Assembly: GCA_029785615.1 (NCBI GenBank)
Contig: JAFLZH010000004.1
Span: 20,545-84,544 of the forward strand
Length of the DNA: 64,000 bases
Origin: Nitrososphaerota archaeon
GTDB taxonomy: Archaea; Thermoproteota; Nitrososphaeria; Nitrososphaerales; Gagatemarchaeaceae
Direction: 5' to 3'
Shown here: positions 28,319-37,920 of the stretch, one piece after another
Layout of the letters: every line of letters begins with the position of its first letter
Numbering within the stretch: position 1 is the stretch's first letter
The notes under the pieces: model-generated
Database searches by the model: none
Seen by the model: the letters and a program-made list of their open reading frames with translations, nothing else
Told to the model about the DNA's origin: nothing
Program-made: the position numbers and the translations under genes

Positions 28319-29953
28319 CTATTTTAGCAGTTCGTAGAGCTTCGACAGGTCAATTTCGAACCCTGACACAGGGACCCCGACTCCGAAGGCGTCGATGGCG
28401 CCGGGCTTGAGCTCCCCGACGTACCCCAGCCCGTGATCCTTCACGGCGATGGACGCGCACCGGCCGGGCGAGAACGCCCAGTGTTCGGCCGCCCGCGTGG
28501 CGACCTCCAGTCCGGCCACCACCCTGCAGGCCGCTTCCAGGTACATCTTCGCCTCTGTGTAAGAGGACTGTGAATGGGCCACCAGGCAGCCGAGGTGCCA
28601 GGATTCTTTGACGCCGTCCCGTGTCCGGGCGTACGTCCTGCCTATCTCGAAGACCCGCTGGGGGTAGTCAGACTTCACATTTCCAGACAGGACCGCCATC
28701 AGGGCGGGGACGAGGGCGTCTCTGAGCATCGAGTGGTCGAGGCTCTTCGGGTTCTGGACCGTCACCATCTCCGAGGATGGCCGCTCGAAATGGTCGTAGA
28801 GGGTTCTCCGGTCGGTCAGCTCGTAGGTCATCGTTTCTATCATTCCCGCCCCAGCCATTACAGTAGACACCGAGTCGAGGAACTCTTCGAATGGGTTGAA
28901 CGCCCCGGGGGCTTTGCTCGGCGGATACACTGGCCCGATGCGGTCGATCCCATAACCCAGGGCTACCTCCTCGGCCACGTCCACCGGGTGGAGCAGGTCG
29001 ACTCTGTACCTGGGTCCCACGGCCTTACTCCCCCTCACGCCCATCCTGCTCCTGGCGAGGCAGGCGAGTATCTCCCGGCGCGGAAGGTCGAGTCCGACGA
29101 CAGAATTAACCAATCCGAGGTCGAGAGGGAGCACGGTCGGGGATAGGTCGGGCGTAGCCCTGGTCTTGTCTGGATACCGCACTGCGACCGTTCCCAGCTT
29201 ACCCCCTGCCTCGGAGAGAGTCGTAGCCAGAATCGCGAGCACGTCGTCCCCTGCCTTCTGGCCGGTGCTCGTGACGTCGACGAACATCCTCTTGGTCTTG
29301 GTCGTCACCCGGGTGGCGTTGCCGTTGATTATCGGTGGGAAAGACATGACCGTCCCTTTCGAGTCGGAGATCACTGGGAAGACGTCGCTGTCTCCGAAGA
29401 CGTGCCCGTAGGCCCTCCCTTCGTAGGTGTCGGACAGGATGGAGCGGATGGAGGACGGCTTGTCGGCGCCCAGGGGCAGGAACTTGAACGTCGACGGAAC
29501 CCCCCGGTAGGATAGCGGGGGCGACACCGCATCGAGGTCGTGAAGCCCGATAGCCACGGTCCTCCGTTTCCGTCCTAGGCCGTTGTGAAGGTCTTCCTGG
29601 AGTGAGATTAACTGTCGGACATCTTCGTCGTCGAGGTCGAGCCCTGTTGCGACGCAGCAGGCGATGTACGGCCTGACCTTAGAGAGTCTCGGGTCGACGG
29701 CGACCTTGATGCCCGTGGGTTTGGTCCGGAACTCGGGGAGCCCCGTCTCCGTCCCGAGCAGCCCCCTGAGGGCGCGCGCGATCCCAAAGTCCGTCCCGAG
29801 GTCAGGCCTGTTGGGGCTATACTCCACACGCACCGACTTGCTGTCCGAGCTCTCTATGTCGAGGCCGATGTACGGGAGGCGGTCAAGGATCTCCTTCCTG
29901 CCGGTCCCTACCATCTTGGTGAAGCGCGTAAGCTCCAGCCTAACTACCGGCAA
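28319..29953 (-). CDS. pheT: Phenylalanyl-tRNA synthetase beta subunit
   Basis: PNRPDL, QEDLH, SFPPIIN, YRVDLLHPVDVAEEVA. Confidence 0.96.
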   Translation of the reverse strand: MPVVRLELTRFTKMVGTGRKEILDRLPYIGLDIESSDSKSVRVEYSPNRPDLGTDFGIARALRGLLGTETGLPEFRTKPTGIKVAVDPRLSKVRPYIACCVATGLDLDDEDVRQLISLQEDLHNGLGRKRRTVAIGLHDLDAVSPPLSYRGVPSTFKFLPLGADKPSSIRSILSDTYEGRAYGHVFGDSDVFPVISDSKGTVMSFPPIINGNATRVTTKTKRMFVDVTSTGQKAGDDVLAILATTLSEAGGKLGTVAVRYPDKTRATPDLSPTVLPLDLGLVNSVVGLDLPRREILACLARSRMGVRGSKAVGPRYRVDLLHPVDVAEEVALGYGIDRIGPVYPPSKAPGAFNPFEEFLDSVSTVMAGAGMIETMTYELTDRRTLYDHFERPSSEMVTVQNPKSLDHSMLRDALVPALMAVLSGNVKSDYPQRVFEIGRTYARTRDGVKESWHLGCLVAHSQSSYTEAKMYLEAACRVVAGLEVATRAAEHWAFSPGRCASIAVKDHGLGYVGELKPGAIDAFGVGVPVSGFEIDLSKLYELLK

Positions 29954-31421
29954 GCTCTCCCCTGTTCCTGAGCCATGATAGGTCCGAACCGTACAGGGTG
30001 CGCATGTCCTCCAGGCCGAACCTCATTAGCATCAACCTCTCAATTCCAGGGCCCCAGGCGAGGACCGGAACCTTGACGCCGAGCGGTTGAGTGACCTCGG
30101 GGCGGAACACGCCGGACCCGCCAAGCTCAATCCAGCTCTTGAACGCCTTTGAAAAGCCGACAATCTGCAGGGAGGGCTCGGTGTAAGGGAAGTAGGTGGG
30201 CCAGAGCTTCACGTCAGCCATCCCGAGCTTCTTGTAGAACTCAGCCAGGAACCCCATGAGGTGTCTCACGTTTAGGCCCTTCCCCACCATTATCCCATCC
30301 ATCTGATAGAACTCTGCGAGATGCTTGTAATCCAGGTTTTCATTCCTGTAAACCTTCGACACGGCGAAGACCCTCGTTTCCTTTTCCTGTGACTCGGACA
30401 GCGCCCGCACGGAGAGCACCGTGTTGTGGGTCCTGAGCACCAGTCGCCGCGCCTCCTCGATGCGCCAGCGATATCCCCAGCCCCTGCTCCCGGTCGTCCA
30501 GCCGTCTTCGTGGGCCGAGGCCACCCTAGCCACCACCCCGGAGCGGCTGAGCGTCCTGTCTGCCAGCCCATCCAGGTAGAAGGTGTCCTGCATATCCCTC
30601 CCCGGGTGGTCCTGGGGAATGAACAGGGCGTCGAAGTTCCAGAAGGCTGGATGGACGCTGTCCCCTTGGAGTTCGGTGAAGCCCATTGAGACGTAGACCT
30701 CCCTCACCTCCCTGATGAAGTCGCGGACGGGATGGCGCCGACCCGGGAAATAGCGGGGGGCTTTCGCTTCGACGTCGATGGGGCGCAGCTTTCTGCCTCG
30801 CCATTCTCCGGACGCTAGAATGTTGGGGGTCAGCCTGTCGATGAAATCTTCGCTCTCTGTTGGTGAGGAAGAGCGCCTCCCTTCGTCGGTGATTGCGACG
30901 GTGGTCGTGCGCGTCTCGATGCGCCTGACAATCCCACGTTTCAACAGGTCGGTAACGAGCGCCGACTCTTCTTTGGTGAAATCGCGCTCAGCCTTGCCCG
31001 AGGCGACCGCGCGGACGAGGGAACGTAGGGGTTCTGCCCCCGCGGTGTCGACCAGCCGCACGACAGGCGCCGCCCCCCCTTCCACCGAGATCCAGCCCGA
31101 CCCCCTTGCCCTGCCGAAGGCTGCAGAGAACTCCTCGGGGGACCCGAATTCGCCCCGAAGCTGGCCGATGGTGGCTGGCGCGGTCGACTGACCGACCTTG
31201 CGGAGCAGGTCCAGTTCCGGGGGTTCTCTGACGAGCTCCAACCTTCCTTCCACCGAGCCTCCGATTGTGACGAGCCCCTTCGATGTGAGCCACTGGAGGG
31301 CCCGCCTGACTTGGTCCACGTTCAGCGAAGTGGCTGCGACCAGCGCCTCGAAGGGTGCAGACCCCAGGGGCGCCAGGGCCGAAAGTATCTTTCGTTCGAT
31401 GGGATGGAGAGCGGTCGACAA
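29940..31421 (-). CDS. pheS: Phenylalanyl-tRNA synthetase alpha subunit
   Basis: WNFDALFIPQDHPGRDMQDTFY, LRTH, YFPYTEPS, AWGPGIER. Confidence 0.97.
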   Translation of the reverse strand: MSTALHPIERKILSALAPLGSAPFEALVAATSLNVDQVRRALQWLTSKGLVTIGGSVEGRLELVREPPELDLLRKVGQSTAPATIGQLRGEFGSPEEFSAAFGRARGSGWISVEGGAAPVVRLVDTAGAEPLRSLVRAVASGKAERDFTKEESALVTDLLKRGIVRRIETRTTTVAITDEGRRSSSPTESEDFIDRLTPNILASGEWRGRKLRPIDVEAKAPRYFPGRRHPVRDFIREVREVYVSMGFTELQGDSVHPAFWNFDALFIPQDHPGRDMQDTFYLDGLADRTLSRSGVVARVASAHEDGWTTGSRGWGYRWRIEEARRLVLRTHNTVLSVRALSESQEKETRVFAVSKVYRNENLDYKHLAEFYQMDGIMVGKGLNVRHLMGFLAEFYKKLGMADVKLWPTYFPYTEPSLQIVGFSKAFKSWIELGGSGVFRPEVTQPLGVKVPVLAWGPGIERLMLMRFGLEDMRTLYGSDLSWLRNRGELAGS

Positions 31422-31428
31422 TCTAAAC

Positions 31429-32559
31429 TCACTTCCCCCTGGAGGAGAGGTAGTCTCTGTTCTTGGCCAAGAGTTCCTCCGCGTCCTTCATCAATGAGTC
31501 GCGTTTCCGATGGTGCTCGTCCAAGAACGTCTTGACAGTCACTATCACTTCCTGCTTGCATTCGCCGCACAGGCGTATACCCTTGGTGCATTCGTGGTCG
31601 ACCCTCTGGACATGCTCGTCGTCCTTTGCGAAATGGAACCGGTAGAGGTCGTAGACAGGGCATATGTCGGGCCTTCCTCCGAGCCTTCGCTGCTCTTCGA
31701 CGGTGTCCCTCCCCCCGGTGAAAGCAGCCCTGATGCGCCTAGACGCGTCCGCAGAGGTGTCGTCCAAGGTGAAACCTGATTCGGGGTCCCGCTTTGACAT
31801 CTTCTGGCCCCCGGTGAGGGCCAGTTCGAGCCTGTGGTAGATTGCCGATGGTGGGATGAACCCGAACTCGGAGCGATAGCGATTGGCGATGTCCCGCGAT
31901 AGCCTGATGTGTGGGTCTTGGTCCGCTCCGACCGGGACGAGGACTGGCTTTGGCCCGCCGAACTCCGGGAGCTGGGGCATGAGGATGTCCCCGGCCTGTA
32001 TGAGAGCCGACATGTAGAGCCCCAGCTGGCGTTCGCCGTAGATAGCTTTCATCATGTTGTTCGTCACGGCACGAGAGAAGATAGTCGACATCCTCATCAC
32101 CCTCATCTCCTCGCTCTGCTTGTACACAACCGCACGGTCGGGATCGAGCCCCAGCGCGAGTATGTCGGCCACGTTCCTGACCGCGGTCTTGGACGACTCA
32201 TTGAACGAAAGGCCGTTGTCGGCGTATGCTTCCACGTCAGCTATCGAGTAGTAGACGGTCCCTTTCTTCGAGAGAGACTGGAAATAGACCATGTCGTCGG
32301 CTGTCATCTTGTTCCCCAGATGGAAGACCCCATCGGGTTTGATGCCGCTCATCACGGCGTAGGGTTTGTGGTTGTCGACGGCGTCGAGTACCCTGGCCAG
32401 ATCTCTCTGCCCGAAGTCGATCCCTCTGCTGATATGATGACTCGGCGCCTTGAAACGTGGTACGAGGGGGGCGAGGGGCTCGATCCCGAACTCAGACTGC
32501 AGCCGGGCGTAGTCCTTGATTACGCTCGTGCCCCACGGATCAAGCCTGTCCTTTTCCAC
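31429..32559 (-). CDS. trpS: Tryptophanyl-tRNA synthetase
   Basis: HLGN, GADQDPH, KMSK, AFTGGR, CGECK. Confidence 0.96.
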   Translation of the reverse strand: MEKDRLDPWGTSVIKDYARLQSEFGIEPLAPLVPRFKAPSHHISRGIDFGQRDLARVLDAVDNHKPYAVMSGIKPDGVFHLGNKMTADDMVYFQSLSKKGTVYYSIADVEAYADNGLSFNESSKTAVRNVADILALGLDPDRAVVYKQSEEMRVMRMSTIFSRAVTNNMMKAIYGERQLGLYMSALIQAGDILMPQLPEFGGPKPVLVPVGADQDPHIRLSRDIANRYRSEFGFIPPSAIYHRLELALTGGQKMSKRDPESGFTLDDTSADASRRIRAAFTGGRDTVEEQRRLGGRPDICPVYDLYRFHFAKDDEHVQRVDHECTKGIRLCGECKQEVIVTVKTFLDEHHRKRDSLMKDAEELLAKNRDYLSSRGK

Positions 32560-32589
32560 ATTGACTCGCCTGCAGGCGTTCTGATTTAA

Positions 32590-33090
32590 CTACTCGGGAG
32601 GCGGCTCTTCTACATCCCCCGCGTGTCCCCTCGTGAGACTCCCCTCTGAGTCGATCTCCCCCAGCCTGATCCTGGTGGACGAGATTGGTTTCGAGTCTTC
32701 AGCCAAGACATAGTCTACGACGACCACTTCGAGCGGAGGGTATCCCTTGCCCTCCCTGAGCGCGTTCGCGATGTGCACCCGCTGTGCGGTCTCCCGGCTA
32801 ACGACGATGGCTTCCACCTCCGGAGACTCTATGCCGGGGCCGAAGTAGTCATCGAGCTTCGCAATCAGATAGTCTCTGCCGGGGAACTTCCTCTCGATTA
32901 GCTCCTTCAAGGCGAGGATACGTTCCTCGTAACTCTGGTCGGGGTTCTTGCCTTCCTTCAGCGCGAACGCGTCCGACGTGACCCCTATCACCACGCGATC
33001 ACCCACATCGAAGCTCCTAGAGAGGAGGGCGAGGTGCCCTCGGTGGACGTGATCGAATGTGCCCCCTGTCGCGACTGTCCTGAACTTCAT
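32590..33090 (-). CDS. coaD: Phosphopantetheine adenylyltransferase (archaeal type)
   Basis: GGTFDHVHRGH, IVVSRET, ISSTRIR. Confidence 0.9.
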   Translation of the reverse strand: MKFRTVATGGTFDHVHRGHLALLSRSFDVGDRVVIGVTSDAFALKEGKNPDQSYEERILALKELIERKFPGRDYLIAKLDDYFGPGIESPEVEAIVVSRETAQRVHIANALREGKGYPPLEVVVVDYVLAEDSKPISSTRIRLGEIDSEGSLTRGHAGDVEEPPPE

Positions 33091-33165
33091 GGATGGAGGG
33101 CCGCCCGGCAAATCATTTGAATACCACGTGCACACCTGCTGACCCCGTAACGGAATAAAGGATTT

Positions 33166-34068
33166 GTGAGAGATTTGGGGCTGATTCCGGACGAGTACAG
33201 AAAGTCAGGGAAAATCACCGGCGAGGTGAAGTCGTTGGTGAGATCGGCTGTCAAGCCTGGCGTCGGGTACATCGAAATCTGCGACTTTGTGAAACGGGAA
33301 GTGGAGTCGCGCGGGGGCCGGCTGGCATTTCCTACGGGAATCGGGGTCAACGAGGTGACCGCCCACTACGCCCCCCAGGAGGGAGACGACTCCGTCTTTC
33401 GGGAGGGGGACCTGGTGAAGGTGGATTTCGGGGTCCACGTCGACGGGTATGTCACCGACACTTCGGTGAGCGTCACCTATAACCCGGAATACAACCTCCT
33501 CCTTGAAGCGACTGGGAGGTCCCTGGAGGCAGCCATAGCGACAGCAAGGAGGGACCAGCGAGCGGGCGAGATCGGGAGAGAGATCCACAGGGAAGCGGCC
33601 CGCTTCGGATTCAAGACGATAGAGAACCTAACCGGGCATACCGTGGATAGGTACGTCGTCCACGCCGGGAAGAGCATACCCAACCTGTTCACGCCAGGCG
33701 TGCAGCCTCTCAAGAAAGGAGAGGTGTTCGCCATCGAGCCTTTCCTCACCTTCGGGACCGCGGCAGGCTACGTCGTCGACGGCTCGTCGAAGACGATTTT
33801 CTCGATTGTGGCCAGGAAGAAGACCGGCGTGCCTGAGCTGGATGCGCTAGCTGACATGGTATGGGCCGAGCGCAAGACCCTCCCGTTCACCCCGCGGTGG
33901 TACGCGGCGGAGCTGGGCGCTCGGAAGGTCGCTGGGATGGTCGAACGGCTTGTCGCAAAGAAAATCGTTAGGGCGTACCCGACATTGGTGGAGGCCTCTG
34001 GAAGCCCGGTGGCTCAGTTCGAGCACACGATGGCGCTCGACGAGGGCGGCCTTGTGGTCCTAACCTGA
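33166..34068 (+). CDS. map: Methionine aminopeptidase type II
   Basis: AHYAP, DFGVHVDG, NLTGH, AIEPF, AQFEHT. Confidence 0.95.
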   Translation: MRDLGLIPDEYRKSGKITGEVKSLVRSAVKPGVGYIEICDFVKREVESRGGRLAFPTGIGVNEVTAHYAPQEGDDSVFREGDLVKVDFGVHVDGYVTDTSVSVTYNPEYNLLLEATGRSLEAAIATARRDQRAGEIGREIHREAARFGFKTIENLTGHTVDRYVVHAGKSIPNLFTPGVQPLKKGEVFAIEPFLTFGTAAGYVVDGSSKTIFSIVARKKTGVPELDALADMVWAERKTLPFTPRWYAAELGARKVAGMVERLVAKKIVRAYPTLVEASGSPVAQFEHTMALDEGGLVVLT

Positions 34069-34263
34069 TGGTTTCATGCTCTCGGCGTAGACCAAGCCTA
34101 TCCGAGTAGGGTTCCCGCACTTCGCGCATTTCGCTGCCTCCTTTGTCACGTAGTCGCCGACAGCGAACGCGCGTTTGGTCTTCTGTCCACAGGCGGGACA
34201 TTCCTCGATAGTGTAAACCAGCAGCTTCGTCTTCTTGTCTGGCCCCGGAACTGAACTCATCAT
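34060..34263 (-). CDS. Small zinc-ribbon protein
   Basis: CPAC...CAKC; overlaps the stop of the upstream DUF1512-like gene. Confidence 0.75.
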   Translation of the reverse strand: MMSSVPGPDKKTKLLVYTIEECPACGQKTKRAFAVGDYVTKEAAKCAKCGNPTRIGLVYAESMKPSG

Positions 34264-35384
34264 TGCGCTACACCCAGCGTGTTGCCTATTCCGGCGACCA
34301 CCACGTCGTCCCCTTCCTTCGTCTTCTCTTCGATGACCCTGTTCAGCACCTGCGTGACCTTGTCCGCCGCTTCGGCAATCTCCTTCCTCATCACCGTGAT
34401 CGCCTCAAGGAGGCTCTGTTTCACGAGAATGGCATACAGCGGAACCTTGGCCTTGGTGGCTGCCTCTTCAATCTGGAACTTCTCCACCCCGATGCCACCG
34501 ATCGCGGCGCCGACACCTTCCGCTATCTCCCCTGTCTTCTCCCCTTCGAGCTTCAGGGCCGCATCGATCATCACTATGGCGCTCGGTTTGACGCCCATCT
34601 CCGTGACGATCTTCTGGATGGCCACCCCCGGCTGCCCCACGTAGGCCATGGGGCCGTCAGCTTTCAGGACGTAGAGCTTCCGCCCCTTGTACTCGGTAAT
34701 CGCCATCATGGTGTCTTTGGCTACGACGCGCTTTTCGTTCCCGGCCATTAACCTGGAAACCACGACCGGGCCAATCCCGTCCCCGACAGGCTGTCCCAGC
34801 TTGAAAGAGTCGACCGCGTTGAGGAGGGCGTCTGCCTCCTGGATTATCATCGGCATGAGCATCTGCAGCTGGACGAGGGTGAAGTACGAATTGGTCTTCT
34901 TCCCCAGGAGGTAGTAGTGGCGGACGATTTTGTGAATCTGGTTGAGGGAAGTGGCGACCTCTAGCAGGTTCTCGCTGATTGAGACGGTGACCGGATTGTT
35001 CTGGTTGAGCAGTGCGCCAACCTCAGTCCTGACCCTGTCGTTGTTGGTCGTCACTACGTGGTCGATCTTCCCTACGATGCCGGCCGGGTCCATGTCCACG
35101 GGCATGATGGTGACGTAATCGAGGAACTGGTCCACTCTCTGAGTGGGGTCGCTCGGCGCTTTGCCGACGTCCACCAAGTAGTCTATCGCGTCCTTTCTCG
35201 CCTTGTCCTTCATCACCCTGAGCTTGTTGAGACCACGGCTTATCTCGCTCAGGGCCAAGTAGGACTGTATCCTGGTCTGATAGAGGAAGGTGAGCGCGAA
35301 GAATGCAATCCACACGAGGGTGACAAGGTCGGAGACGTTGGCGCCTCCAAACACCTGAAGAATTCCACCCTCAAGAACAGACAT
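34260..35384 (-). CDS. DUF1512-like protein (N-terminal TM, GPR/YyaC-like C-terminal domain)
   Basis: PVGDGIGP, IDAALKLEGE, GIGNTLGVAQ. Confidence 0.8.
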   Translation of the reverse strand: MSVLEGGILQVFGGANVSDLVTLVWIAFFALTFLYQTRIQSYLALSEISRGLNKLRVMKDKARKDAIDYLVDVGKAPSDPTQRVDQFLDYVTIMPVDMDPAGIVGKIDHVVTTNNDRVRTEVGALLNQNNPVTVSISENLLEVATSLNQIHKIVRHYYLLGKKTNSYFTLVQLQMLMPMIIQEADALLNAVDSFKLGQPVGDGIGPVVVSRLMAGNEKRVVAKDTMMAITEYKGRKLYVLKADGPMAYVGQPGVAIQKIVTEMGVKPSAIVMIDAALKLEGEKTGEIAEGVGAAIGGIGVEKFQIEEAATKAKVPLYAILVKQSLLEAITVMRKEIAEAADKVTQVLNRVIEEKTKEGDDVVVAGIGNTLGVAQ

Positions 35385-35467
35385 GAAATTACGAAGTCCG
35401 ACGCCGTAAACCCGGACTTAAATGTTCTGTAGGATATCTTCAATGAAAACTGGGATTTTTAGAAGAA

Positions 35468-35586
35468 GGCGCCGGCACCTCGGCTTCCCGACTCCTCTCG
35501 GAAGTCAGTAGCACCGGGGCGACGCGCGGTTTGACTGCCAGGATCGGAACGAGTCTGGGTCGGACCCACGCGCTATGGCCGGCTGA
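35468..35586 (-). rRNA. rrf: 5S rRNA (stand-alone)
   Basis: GCCGGCCATAGCG...ACCCAGACTCGTTCCGATCCTGGCAGTCAAACCGC...GGGAAGCC...TGCCGGC; ends approximate. Confidence 0.9.
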
Positions 35587-35665
35587 AGTGAGGGGTCCCG
35601 CCGCGGTAGATTAACGTTTCCTGGCCCACCAAGCGTTTTTTACATGATTTGAAGCATGCGGGGGG

Positions 35666-35944
35666 ATGCAGAAGAAGCTCCTCGACATACTCGCCTGTCC
35701 CATGGACAAGCACTATCCGCTGGAGATGATCGAGTTCGGCGTCCGGGAGCCCGACGTCGTGGTCGATGGCGTCCTGCTGTGCTCTCAGTGCGGGAGGTAC
35801 TACCCCATCATCGACGAGATTCCGGTCATGCTCCCAGACAACCTGAGAAACAGGAAGGAGGACATGAGCTTCCTCGAGAAATGGAGCGCCAGGCTGCCGG
35901 AGAATGTTGTCCATGGCGGGAAGCCGTGGAGCCTCACTGGCTGA
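35666..35944 (+). CDS. Trm112-family methyltransferase activator
   Basis: LLDILACPMDK...CSQCGRYYPIIDEIPVML. Confidence 0.9.
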   Translation: MQKKLLDILACPMDKHYPLEMIEFGVREPDVVVDGVLLCSQCGRYYPIIDEIPVMLPDNLRNRKEDMSFLEKWSARLPENVVHGGKPWSLTG

Positions 35945-35990
35945 CCTCGGAAACTCTAAAGGCACCTGCAGTTGGCCCGGCGGTCGTGTT

Positions 35991-36121
35991 GGGGGTATAG
36001 CCCAGCCAGGCAGGGCGACAGGCTCCAGTGACACCAATGGCTGACACGGAAACGTGGATGACTTGACATTGGAGCTGCCTAAGAAACCTGTAGACCGTCG
36101 GTTCAAATCCGACTACCCCCA
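35991..36121 (+). tRNA. tRNA-Trp(CCA) with a 57-nt intron at 37/38
   Basis: GGGGGTA/TACCCCC-A acceptor; ACAGG-CTCCAG|A-CCTGT; intron 36029-36085. Confidence 0.9.
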
Positions 36122-36190
36122 CGCACCAACTCCTAGACTGGGCGTTCATCATGTTACAATTATATAGAGAGTCGGCGGCTGAAGGCAATC

Positions 36191-36838
36191 GTGACCCACA
36201 GGCGCCACGCAGCTTCCGCATTGCTGCTTTTCTTGGCCTTCGTCCTCGCTGCCCAGGGAGCGATGGCCCAGACGTCCTACACGCTGACTGTCTCGACTGA
36301 CAAGCCCTCGTATGTGTACGGACAGGCGATCCAGATCTCAGGGAAGGTGTCACCACCCCCCGGGCCGAACACCGCCGTCTTCTTGGAGATAATCAACCCG
36401 CACGGAGCAGTCGTCGCGCCGGGGGAGGCTCCGGTCGGGGCCTCCACTGGTCTCTACAACTACACTTTAGTCGCCGGCGGGAACTCGGGCTGGATTGCAG
36501 GGACGTATTCCGTAAACGCCACCTGGGGAGCCTATCCTCCGCAAGTCAGTGCCGAGGCGACATTCCAATACACGCCGACCGCAGTCACATCCACCACCTC
36601 GAGCACTTCCAACACCTCAAGTTCCCAGATTACATCGACATCGAGCACCACGACCGTCTCGACCTCTTCCAGCGCCACCACCTCGGCTTCTAGCACCAGC
36701 TCCACCAAGGGGGGCGGCGGGATACCTGTGTTCCCGTTCCAGGCGGCCCTGCTAGGCGTCTTCGTCTTGGCGATAGTCTCGGCGTACCTGGTGATGAAGA
36801 GGGCATCCGTCCGGGGCGTGCCTGCGGTCACCAGGTGA
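36191..36838 (+). CDS. Secreted Ig-like protein with Ser/Thr linker and PEF-CTERM-like sorting signal
   Basis: Signal peptide, VSTDKPSY..G beta-sandwich, S/T tract, GIPVFP + TM + KR. Confidence 0.8.
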   Translation: MTHRRHAASALLLFLAFVLAAQGAMAQTSYTLTVSTDKPSYVYGQAIQISGKVSPPPGPNTAVFLEIINPHGAVVAPGEAPVGASTGLYNYTLVAGGNSGWIAGTYSVNATWGAYPPQVSAEATFQYTPTAVTSTTSSTSNTSSSQITSTSSTTTVSTSSSATTSASSTSSTKGGGGIPVFPFQAALLGVFVLAIVSAYLVMKRASVRGVPAVTR

Positions 36839-36851
36839 AAGTGGCGGACAG

Positions 36852-37748
36852 TTGAAGGCCGCTGTCAGGCTTGTCGTCTGGATTGGGGCGGGAACGGCCC
36901 TCTGCCTGGCCACCGCGCCAAATTTCCTCAGCCTTCTGGACCAGTCACTGGGAGACACGTTCGGCAGCGTCTTCCCAGCTATCCCTTTCGCCGCGCTGCT
37001 CACCCTCATCTTCGCGCTGAGATGGAACGAGCTCCGGGATGTGCTTGCGGCCGAAGGAGGGGCCACGACCCAGCTCCGGATAAGAGCCCTGGGCGCAGGG
37101 ATTCTGGTGTTGCTATGGCTGGGCGAGCCTCTAACGGCCCAGACCGTGGAAACAGCGGGAGTCGCCGTCGTCCTGACGCTCTACGCTTCCTCCCTGGTGG
37201 TCAACCCCCTGACGAAGAGAATCCTGCTCCCCTACGCCGCCATCTACTCGGCTGGGATAGGAGCCCCGTTTGTGCTTCAGTGGGCCTTCGGCGAGCCCTT
37301 GGCCTACGCGTCGTCGGTCCTCGCTTCGAGGTTCGTCGGCCTGGCAGGCCTGCCAGTGGTTTGGCAGGGTACCCAGTTCCAGCTGTTTTCTAGAACTGGA
37401 GACGTTGTAGCCGGTTACGTTGCGCCTGGCTGCTCGAGCATCATCTCGATAACCACTTTCGTCGGTCTCCTCGCGCTCATGCACATGGACATGAAGAAGG
37501 ACCTACGGTCGACGGCCATAGTCGCAGTCGCCGGGATAGCCATCCTAACACTTCTCAATTCCCTCAGGATACTGCTTCTGATGTGGGTGGGGTACGTTGA
37601 CGGAGCTTCAGCGTTCTGGGGGGTCCACAACTGGATAGGGTACGCGCTGTTTCTCGGATTCTACCTCGCTGCACTCCCGGTCTACACCAGGATGGGGAGG
37701 GGCAGCATGGTCGGCTACCCCATTTCAGGGACGCCGTACACGCCGTAG
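36852..37748 (+). CDS. Exosortase/archaeosortase-family membrane protein
   Basis: Multi-TM protein with the Cys-Arg-His triad contexts PGCSS, NSLRI and VHNWIG. Confidence 0.8.
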   Translation: MKAAVRLVVWIGAGTALCLATAPNFLSLLDQSLGDTFGSVFPAIPFAALLTLIFALRWNELRDVLAAEGGATTQLRIRALGAGILVLLWLGEPLTAQTVETAGVAVVLTLYASSLVVNPLTKRILLPYAAIYSAGIGAPFVLQWAFGEPLAYASSVLASRFVGLAGLPVVWQGTQFQLFSRTGDVVAGYVAPGCSSIISITTFVGLLALMHMDMKKDLRSTAIVAVAGIAILTLLNSLRILLLMWVGYVDGASAFWGVHNWIGYALFLGFYLAALPVYTRMGRGSMVGYPISGTPYTP

Positions 37749-37862
37749 TCAGGCTTCACCCTTACCTTCCCCTTCCTTGACGCGAGGTGCTCAAGGTCCA
37801 TGGCCTTGCCTGGTGGCCATCGCGAACTTCGAGCGGAGCTGGAGGTCGGCCAGGATTTTCAT
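37715..37862 (-). pseudogene. Collapsed remnant of an endonuclease Q/PHP-family gene
   Basis: With one frameshift it reads MKILADLQLRSKFAMATSKAMDLEHLA joined to RKGKVRVKPDYGVYGVPEMG*, matching the N- and C-terminal motifs of that family. Confidence 0.6.
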
Positions 37863-37920
37863 CGCATGTCGGACACCCCGCTCTGGTTAATTAACGGAAG
37901 AAGACGGAACCCGGGCGAGT

